DNA from: Erysipelotrichaceae bacterium MTC7
Lineage (GTDB): Bacteria; Bacillota_I; Bacilli_A; Erysipelotrichales; Erysipelotrichaceae
Reading direction: 5' to 3'
DNA: 32,000 bases
Assembly (NCBI GenBank): GCA_001695645.1
Contig: LVZN01000056.1
Coordinates: forward strand, 30,001-62,000
Below, piece after piece: positions 26,397 to 32,000 of the stretch (positions are counted from its first letter, which is position 1; each line of letters begins with the position of its first letter). A program made the translations under genes and the position numbers. The notes beneath the pieces were generated by a model. That model made no database searches. It had not been told where the DNA came from and worked only from the letters and a program-made list of their open reading frames with translations.

Positions 26397-27878
26397 TTAT
26401 TTTTTACGTACACTTTCTAATAAACTCAATTTCAAGTCCAATAATTCTTTCGATAAATCAACATAATACTCTTGTGGATATTCAAAACGTAAGATTTCAT
26501 CCCACATCGTTTCTCGACTTGATTTAGCAAACAAACGAATCTCTTCTAAACTTGGGCAATCGTAAACCAATTGTCCATTTTCAATAATTGGGATTAACAA
26601 ACGTTCCACGCGATATGTTCCCTTTTCAATGGTTTTAAATTTCCAAACATCTTGCGGGTGATAAATCACCAAGTCATCATCTTCTGTTACAACTTCATGC
26701 GACAAGGTCATCAAATCAGCAATCGCTTTACCATTTTCTGTACTGTAAATACGATAAAGTTCTTTTTTTCCTGGGTTGGTTAGTTTAATGGCATTATCTG
26801 ATACTTTAATTTTTGGTGTATATGTTCCATCTTCCATTTTGATGGAACTTAATTTATACACACCACCAAAAACTGGAGAACTTTTTGAACAGATCAAATT
26901 CTCTCCAACACCAAATATATCAATTTTTGCATCTTGATCAATAAGCGATTTGATGATGTATTCATCAAACGAGTTCGATGCGATAATCTTCGTATCTTGC
27001 ATGCCTTCGGCATCAAGTTTCTCACGAATCCGTTTTGATAAGTACGCAATATCCCCACTATCAATTCGCACACTTTGTAAGTAATAACCTTGTGGCAATA
27101 AGATTTCTTTATGAACGCGAATTGCATTGAGCAATCCACTGTTTAATGTATCGTATGTGTCTAACAATAATGAAGTTTCTGTTGGAAAGTGTTTTGCATA
27201 TGCAGCAAATGCATCATATTCACTTGGATAGCTTTGAATAAAACTGTGTGCCATCGTTCCCGAAACTGGCATGTGGAACATATGTCCAGCTTTCGTGTTA
27301 CTTGTACCAAATACACCACCGATATAGGCGGCTCTAGCTCCGTAGTTAGCTGCATCAAAGTTGTGTGCACGGCGTGCTCCAAATTCAAGCACACTACGCC
27401 CCTTACTCGCTCTAACAACACGATTGGCTTTTGTTGCAATCAAACTTTGGTGGTTACAGCAAAGCAACAGTGCCGTTTCCACGAGTTGTGCTTCAATAAT
27501 TGGTGCTTCTACTCGAATGATTGGTTCATTTGGAAACACAACAGTTCCTTCTTTCACAGCATATACATTTCCTGTGAAAATAAAATGACGCAAGTAATCT
27601 AAGAACGCTTCATCAAAACGTCCCAGTCCTTGTAGATAAAAAATATCTTCTTCGTTAAAATGCAAGTTTTGAATGTATCCAATCAATTCTTCTAAACCAG
27701 CAAAGATGGCAAATCCACCATCATCTGGATTCTTCCGGTAAAAATAATCAAAAGTTACAACCTGGTTTTGACGTCCTTCACTAAAGTACACTTGTGACAT
27801 GGTCAATTCATAAAAATCCATCACCAACGATAAATTTCTTGGGTCACGTAAATCAAATTTTAAATCATATGTTTTCAT
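26397..27878 (-). CDS. pncB: nicotinate phosphoribosyltransferase
   Basis: LVMDFYELTMSQVYF, LEFGARRAH and GTMAHSFIQSY are NAPRTase family motifs. The protein is 493 aa, and its start is 1 nt after the pncA stop. Confidence 0.9.
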   Translation of the reverse strand: MKTYDLKFDLRDPRNLSLVMDFYELTMSQVYFSEGRQNQVVTFDYFYRKNPDDGGFAIFAGLEELIGYIQNLHFNEEDIFYLQGLGRFDEAFLDYLRHFIFTGNVYAVKEGTVVFPNEPIIRVEAPIIEAQLVETALLLCCNHQSLIATKANRVVRASKGRSVLEFGARRAHNFDAANYGARAAYIGGVFGTSNTKAGHMFHMPVSGTMAHSFIQSYPSEYDAFAAYAKHFPTETSLLLDTYDTLNSGLLNAIRVHKEILLPQGYYLQSVRIDSGDIAYLSKRIREKLDAEGMQDTKIIASNSFDEYIIKSLIDQDAKIDIFGVGENLICSKSSPVFGGVYKLSSIKMEDGTYTPKIKVSDNAIKLTNPGKKELYRIYSTENGKAIADLMTLSHEVVTEDDDLVIYHPQDVWKFKTIEKGTYRVERLLIPIIENGQLVYDCPSLEEIRLFAKSSRETMWDEILRFEYPQEYYVDLSKELLDLKLSLLESVRKK

Positions 27879-27879
27879 C

Positions 27880-28494
27880 TTAATTCTCCATTATAACAAC
27901 TTGGATTCCATTACGAATCATTAAATCACAAGCGATTTGATTTTCTGTATCGCGATCATGCACACCAGGTATATCAAAAGTTTCAATCATATTCACTGGT
28001 ACAATGACACGCTTTAAATTCATATTTGCTTCATTGAAAAACGTTTGTAAGCTTAATGCAAAATGTAAAATGCAAATATCGCTACAACAGCCGACAATGA
28101 CAAAATCATCGTAATTAGCAAGTAGTTCAGGCAAACGATCTTGAAACTCTTTTGCTATAAATGTATTGGTACTATTCTTGTGAATGATGTGATTTGCATA
28201 CATCTCCAATTCTTTTATTACTTTACTTTCATCGGTATTTTCAACGCAATGAATCGGATAACTTTCAAATTCGCGAGCATCTAAGTTATGCGAGTCACAA
28301 ACAAAGCTACAGTCTTTTGCTTTCTTTAACAAGTCAGCGATTGGTTGACTTATATCCATAATGCCAGAATCACTCAATGCTCCCTCTTTGATAAATCCGT
28401 TAATCATATCGACGACAAACACATATGGTCGATGCAATTCAAACAAGGTTGTCTTTGCTAACGTCTCCATTGTCACTAGTTTCAAATTTGCCAT
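27880..28494 (-). CDS. pncA: isochorismatase-family hydrolase, probable nicotinamidase
   Basis: It has an isochorismatase fold (FVVDMINGF, VIVGCCSDICILHFAL with the catalytic Cys). It is translationally coupled to pncB, so the nicotinamidase call rests on context. Confidence 0.75.
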   Translation of the reverse strand: MANLKLVTMETLAKTTLFELHRPYVFVVDMINGFIKEGALSDSGIMDISQPIADLLKKAKDCSFVCDSHNLDAREFESYPIHCVENTDESKVIKELEMYANHIIHKNSTNTFIAKEFQDRLPELLANYDDFVIVGCCSDICILHFALSLQTFFNEANMNLKRVIVPVNMIETFDIPGVHDRDTENQIACDLMIRNGIQVVIMEN

Positions 28495-28622
28495 AACGTT
28501 CCATCCTTTACTTTATGATTACTATTATACACCAAACTGTGAACTTTACCTGAAAAATGTCATCAGCACTTGTATTATTCTTTAACAAGAATATAATATA
28601 TCTTAATACAAATGAGGTATCT

Positions 28623-29030
28623 ATGAATAATCTAAAATACAAATTATATCGATTCATGCAAGGACGTTATGGAAATGACCAACTAAATATTTTCCTACTC
28701 GTGTTTTCTTTGTTGTTTAATATCATTATGAATATCTTTGTGGGACGAGGAACAATCATAACCATTGTAACCCTTGTACCGTTGGCTATTTTTTGGTTTC
28801 GATTCTTTTCACGCAAGGTGTATCGTCGTCGCTTAGAAAACAATAAATTTTTAAGCCTTTGGTACAAAATCCGTGCTCCTTTCAAACGCACAAAACGCAA
28901 GTTTGAAGATAAAAGTCACAAATATTACAAGTGTCCAAAATGTAAACAAGTTGTTCGGGTACCTAGTGGAAAAGGTAAAATTGAGATTACTTGCCCTAAA
29001 TGTAAAACAAAATTTACAAAACGTACATAG
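28623..29030 (+). CDS. small membrane protein with C-terminal zinc ribbon
   Basis: I prefer ATG 28623 (RBS AATGAGG) over the ORF-track start at 28557. Two TM helices are followed by a basic linker and CPKC...CPKC. The promoter candidate is TTGTAT-16-TATAAT (28570..28597). Confidence 0.6.
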   Translation: MNNLKYKLYRFMQGRYGNDQLNIFLLVFSLLFNIIMNIFVGRGTIITIVTLVPLAIFWFRFFSRKVYRRRLENNKFLSLWYKIRAPFKRTKRKFEDKSHKYYKCPKCKQVVRVPSGKGKIEITCPKCKTKFTKRT

Positions 29031-29044
29031 TTATATATAAAGTA

Positions 29045-29071
29045 AAAGATTGGAAAACTCCAATCTTTTTT
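29045..29071 (+). terminator. rho-independent terminator after the zinc-ribbon gene
   Basis: AAAGATTGGA-aaac-TCCAATCTTT followed by TTT. Confidence 0.75.
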
Positions 29072-29138
29072 CGTATTTGCACAGCATGTGAAATTCACTA
29101 GGATAACTTTATTATTTCACGATCATACTGCACATAAT

Positions 29139-29224
29139 AAAAAAAAGCCCATGCAGGCTTTTGTTAATTAGGATGTAAAACAAGGTAGGAAGATAGGAAA
29201 GGGATATTTAACCTCGTTTTACTT
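29139..29224 (-). ncRNA. candidate ~85-nt small RNA with a CU-rich (anti-SD-like) loop
   Basis: All elements are on the minus strand. The promoter is TTTACA (29258..29253)-17-TATAAT (29235..29230). An 11-bp stem GUAAAACGAGG/CCUUGUUUUAC encloses the loop UUAAAUAUCCCUUUCCUAUCUUCCUA. A terminator follows: AAGCC-ugcaug-GGCUU plus a U-run (29160..29139). No ORF is present. Confidence 0.4.
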
Positions 29225-29319
29225 AGTTTATTATAGCAATCCAAATCATCTTTGTAAATATTTTTTTACATTAATTATGTTTCATTTGATTCTTCATCAT
29301 GATTTATGTCAATAAATAG

Positions 29320-29526
29320 AAAAAAACAACCATCCATTATGATGATTGTTTCTCAGCTTGAGTAAACGTTCTTCCCAAAAACGTATGTCAAATTCAATGT
29401 TTAGGGGTTAACAAGGAATTTTAGACAAAAACTCAAGATACCCTACTTTTATAGTAGGAAAATACAATATTACTTTGTTCACCCTTCCCTGGTGAACGTT
29501 TTCATTGGATAACCTTTCCTATCCTG
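29320..29526 (-). ncRNA. candidate ~205-nt structured RNA (or short-ORF transcript) of unknown function
   Basis: All elements are on the minus strand. The promoter is TTGACA (29559..29554)-16-TATTAT (29537..29532). Hairpins include GUUCACC-agggaag-GGUGAAC, CCUACU-auaaa-AGUAGG and a long-range CUUGAGU/ACUCAAG pairing. The terminator AAACAAUCAUC-auaaug-GAUGGUUGUUU plus U7 lies at 29351..29320. The only SD-led ORF is 8 codons (29505..29479). Confidence 0.35.
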
Positions 29527-29607
29527 TCTCTATAATACTATAGATAAACATATTGTCAAGCATAACCTATAAATAAGGTATGAATTAATTTATAAGTAAA
29601 AGATTAT

Positions 29608-30333
29608 CTAAATATAGATAATCTCTAAATGACCAAGTGAAACTTGACCAATAATTGTTAATTTCGGCAAACTATAGTCTCTTTCATGGAAGGTTTCATC
29701 CACACCACCCAAACTAGATGTCACATCCACTTGCGTATTCCATTCTCTAGGTATGTAAAGTTTCATCTCTCCAAGGGAAACATCAAGTTTAATCGTAGCT
29801 CCTGCTGGATCTAATTTTGCTTGTTGTAAGTATAATTGAAGTGTTCCAAGACTTACGTCAGCAGTGATTTGTTTTAAACTTTGTGAATGTATATATTGAA
29901 CACTTCCAGAAAGTGATGATGAAATTCGAATAATATTTTCGTCATGGCTGCTTTCTTTACTTGCATCCATGTGTTTTGAACTGTTGCGATATTGTATGTG
30001 ATTGTAACGATATGAGCTATTTTTGAACAATATCGATAAACCGATACTAACAAATGCACCTGCTCCCATTAGTGGCCAAAAACCAACGACATTATCAAAT
30101 TCTAAATAACTTCTGTTGATCCAGAAAGCTAAGCATAGTGGCATCACAATTAAAAACCAATTACGATACTTCACATTACTCACTGCAACGACTAGCAACA
30201 ATACCGTAAAAATCATATGTGTTAAATTGATTGATAAATCAAACATTGGTGCAAGCACAATAAATAATCCTAACCCTATAAACAACAATCCCCATAACCA
30301 ATTTGTTTTCTTATTCATAATAACTCCTTTCAT
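29608..30333 (-). CDS. LiaF-like/DUF2154-type membrane protein (4 TM helices plus C-terminal beta-rich domain), putative partner of the LytTR regulator
   Basis: TM helices include WLWGLLFIGLGLFIVLAPMF. The C-terminus VSLGTLQLYL...VSLGEMKLYIPREW...SSLGGVDE...VSLGHLEIIYI shows the repeated motifs typical of the LiaF C-terminal domain. It overlaps the upstream LytTR gene by 23 nt. Confidence 0.75.
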   Translation of the reverse strand: MKGVIMNKKTNWLWGLLFIGLGLFIVLAPMFDLSINLTHMIFTVLLLVVAVSNVKYRNWFLIVMPLCLAFWINRSYLEFDNVVGFWPLMGAGAFVSIGLSILFKNSSYRYNHIQYRNSSKHMDASKESSHDENIIRISSSLSGSVQYIHSQSLKQITADVSLGTLQLYLQQAKLDPAGATIKLDVSLGEMKLYIPREWNTQVDVTSSLGGVDETFHERDYSLPKLTIIGQVSLGHLEIIYI

Positions 30334-30772
30334 GAAGTCGTAACTTCAATTCTTTATAGTACATTCGTGAAACGTACACCTCTTTTACACTGTTCATAAA
30401 CCGAACCAAACTACTGCTCGTAATATTTTTTTGCAAAGACATAATCTTTGATAGGTTGATAATCGTTGATTTACTCACTCGCATAAAACTGTCAGGCAAT
30501 TCCTTCTCCAGTTCATACAAGCGAAGTTTCACAACGTATGCATCATTTTTTGTATGTGCATACACACCATCAGTAGATGTTTCAAAAAACAAGATTTGCT
30601 CGACCGGTACAAACAATTCTTCTTCATCTTTATACAGGACCAGACGTTTTACACCTTTGAGCCGATTTTGGATGAATTTTTGAATATCTTTGACTTCTTT
30701 TGTTATATCTTTTGTTTTTATAATGATCTCTTCATCATTTTCATCTTCGATTAACTCAATATGTATCTTCAT
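30311..30772 (-). CDS. stand-alone LytTR-family DNA-binding regulator (no receiver domain)
   Basis: The protein is 153 aa. FVPVEQILFFETSTDGVYAHTKNDAYVVKLRLYELEKELPDSFMRVSKSTIINLSKI matches the LytTR domain pattern. RBS AAGGAGAA precedes the start. Confidence 0.85.
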   Translation of the reverse strand: MKIHIELIEDENDEEIIIKTKDITKEVKDIQKFIQNRLKGVKRLVLYKDEEELFVPVEQILFFETSTDGVYAHTKNDAYVVKLRLYELEKELPDSFMRVSKSTIINLSKIMSLQKNITSSSLVRFMNSVKEVYVSRMYYKELKLRLHERSYYE

Positions 30773-30828
30773 GTCATTCTCCTTACCTGTATTATACTAG
30801 ACATCAAATAAAAATATACGTTTTACTG

Positions 30829-30855
30829 CTAAGTGGTTTATTTTCTTAACTAAGT
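30829..30855 (-). promoter_or_regulatory. 21-bp-spaced direct repeats (cACTTAG) upstream of a -35-less promoter: candidate LytTR binding site
   Basis: The minus strand reads caACTTAGttaagaaaataaaccACTTAGcagtaaaacg, followed by a poor -35 (GTATAT), a 17-nt spacer, then TATAAT (30796..30791). The first repeat, TTAGTTAAG, resembles LytTR-type (AgrA/ComE-like) 9-mers. Confidence 0.3.
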
Positions 30856-30923
30856 TGCATATTTTTCGATACATGATGACATTATTTCTTTCACTTCCAT
30901 GCAAATCTACTTTTAGAAAAGAA

Positions 30924-30953
30924 CAAAAAAAGCTCTTTTACAAGAGCTTTTAT
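30924..30953 (-). terminator. rho-independent terminator after tRNA-His
   Basis: The minus strand reads AAAAGCTCTT-gtaa-AAGAGCTTTT followed by TTT. It starts 9 nt after the tRNA 3' end. Confidence 0.75.
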
Positions 30954-30961
30954 GCTTTATA

Positions 30962-31038
30962 TGGGGCGACCGAAGGGATTTGAACCCTCGCATGACGGGA
31001 CCACAACCCGCTGTGTTAACCGCTTCACCACGACCGCC
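30962..31038 (-). tRNA. tRNA-His (anticodon GUG) with encoded G-1 and CCA
   Basis: The minus strand reads GGCGGTCGTGGTGAAGCGGTTAACACAGCGGGTTGTGGTCCCGTCATGCGAGGGTTCAAATCCCTTCGGTCGCCCCA. The anticodon loop is UUGUGGU. The extra 5' G pairs with C73, the T-loop is GGTTCAAATCC, and the length is 77 nt. Confidence 0.9.
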
Positions 31039-31059
31039 ATATTTCAGTAAGCATTACCT

Positions 31060-31088
31060 ATTATAAACAAAAAGTTGATGTTTGTAAA
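31060..31088 (-). promoter_or_regulatory. sigma-A promoter for tRNA-His
   Basis: The minus strand reads TTTACA (31088..31083)-17-TATAAT (31065..31060). The predicted TSS is about 15 nt upstream of the mature 5' end. Confidence 0.55.
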
Positions 31089-31121
31089 TAGGTATTGCTC
31101 ACTATTTTAAAGAAGTTTACT

Positions 31122-31793
31122 TTATTCTGGATTTACAGGTGCAACCTCTGGCGTTGTAACTGCAGAAATCTCGATTTCTACGTAATCTCCATCTTTTTCT
31201 TTCACGTTTAATACACGTCCAACAAAACCAGTTACTTGTTCGTGTTCTTTTTGATAAACACTTAAGCGTGCACTGTCTTCATCATTGATGGTACCAATAA
31301 GCGTTCCATTGTCTAAAGAAACATTTGTTCCATCAACTAGAATTTTTGAACCAATTGCGATTGTATTATATGCATCTGGAATCTCTGTTTCAACCTCAGT
31401 TGTTAGTACGATACGTTTACGTAAGCTTGCACTATCGTCAACTTTTTGGCGAATGACATTCACTTTATCTTTGAAGTTGATGTTTGTCTTAAATTCAATG
31501 CGTTCGTCAATCGACTTCAATGCACTAATTGAACCCATAGCAGTTAAGATGAAGAACAACGTAATAAATAAAATGACAATCCCTAAAAAGATACTTACCG
31601 TAAATGCATAAATAGTTAATACTGCAAAAGCTACTGCAATTGCTAACTCAATGAAAAAACTCTTTTTTAATTGTTCAGCGCTTTTCCATTCCGTTCCAAT
31701 TTTTACTTTTTGCTCTGCGACTTCCCAGTCACCGTTCTTTTTTTCTTCTACGATTTTTTCTGTTTCTTTAATCTCGTTTTTTTCTTTCATCAT
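31122..31793 (-). CDS. hypothetical membrane protein (two TM helices, C-terminal soluble domain)
   Basis: A 223-aa ORF with a charged N-terminus and TM helices FFIELAIAVAFAVLTIYAF and IFLGIVILFITLFFILTAMG. I recognise no motif. The promoter is TTGTAA (31847..31842)-17-TATAAT (31824..31819), with RBS GGGAG. Confidence 0.55.
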   Translation of the reverse strand: MMKEKNEIKETEKIVEEKKNGDWEVAEQKVKIGTEWKSAEQLKKSFFIELAIAVAFAVLTIYAFTVSIFLGIVILFITLFFILTAMGSISALKSIDERIEFKTNINFKDKVNVIRQKVDDSASLRKRIVLTTEVETEIPDAYNTIAIGSKILVDGTNVSLDNGTLIGTINDEDSARLSVYQKEHEQVTGFVGRVLNVKEKDGDYVEIEISAVTTPEVAPVNPE

Positions 31794-31927
31794 GTAACTC
31801 CCGATTCTAACAATAGTTATTATACTAAGTAAACTTTATTTTTACAATGACAAAACCCGAACTTCAACTAAAGTTCATTTCTTATGCAAAAAGAGAAACC
31901 GATGGAATTTAACCACCGGTTATCTTA

Positions 31928-32000
31928 TTATGCTTCTTTCGCTTTTCTAGCTTTCTCGATGATTTGGTCCTTCATTGCATTAGGAATCTCATCATAGCGA
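31928..32000 (-). CDS. 3' end of an unidentified CDS entering from beyond the window end
   Basis: The minus-strand frame reads ...RYDEIPNAMKDQIIEKARKAKEA* with TAA at 31930..31928. A hairpin AACCGGTGG-ttaaatt-CCATCGGTT plus a U-rich tail (~31915..31885) follows. There is too little sequence to name the product. Confidence 0.4.
   Translation of the reverse strand, partial: RYDEIPNAMKDQIIEKARKAKEA

Noticed and set aside
29170-29225. Plus-strand reading of the sRNA-2 region as a GGA-rich (AGGAAG, AGGAAAGG, GGGA) CsrA-sponge-like RNA
   Set aside because: The strong promoter (TTTACA-17-TATAAT) and the long U-tail are on the minus strand. The plus strand has only weak promoter-like hexamers. Strand-specific RNA-seq would settle this.
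29479-29505. 8-codon ORF MKTFTREG as a stand-alone annotated gene
   Set aside because: It is too short and uncharacteristic to call as a CDS from sequence alone. It is reported only as part of the candidate RNA.
1-32000. Scan for CRISPR arrays, IS elements, integrases, phage or defence-system genes
   Set aside because: I saw no spaced direct-repeat arrays, no transposase, recombinase or nuclease-helicase ORFs, and no long terminal inverted repeats. All ORFs over 150 aa are accounted for by the housekeeping, transport or regulatory calls above.

Overview
This is a 32-kb chromosomal window from a low-GC Gram-positive (Bacillota-type) genome, judged by gene content and Shine-Dalgarno usage; an Erysipelotrichia- or Clostridia-like source is only an inference. 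It is mostly housekeeping. Left to right: divergent thrC | hom-aspartate kinase-asd; a large sortase-type surface protein; an unannotated 43-aa mini-rubredoxin; asp23-like/yloV(fakA-type); divIB-murB-murG; a class B sortase; pyrG. Next comes a nitrogen module, with a GS-I-like gene and an ANTAR regulator facing a type III glutamine synthetase. Then follow a membrane-anchored hypothetical, metNIQ behind a Met T-box, an alpha/beta hydrolase, oleate hydratase with a divergent TetR, pncA-pncB, and a zinc-ribbon membrane protein. After a 575-bp gene-free gap come a LytTR regulator with a LiaF-like membrane partner, tRNA-His, a hypothetical membrane protein and a partial CDS. I saw no CRISPR array, transposase, integrase or phage genes. 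Two candidates deserve the closest look. (1) The GS-I paralog appears to have lost several catalytic motifs. It is co-transcribed with a pseudo-receiver ANTAR protein, opposite a glnN leader that carries a terminator and a competing AxxGxx-hexaloop hairpin. (2) The gene-free gap holds two promoter-plus-terminator-bounded candidate small RNAs. One has a CU-rich anti-SD-like loop that is complementary over 12 bp to the SD-like 5' end of the other. All RNA, promoter and active-site claims come from reading the sequence by eye and need computational or experimental confirmation.
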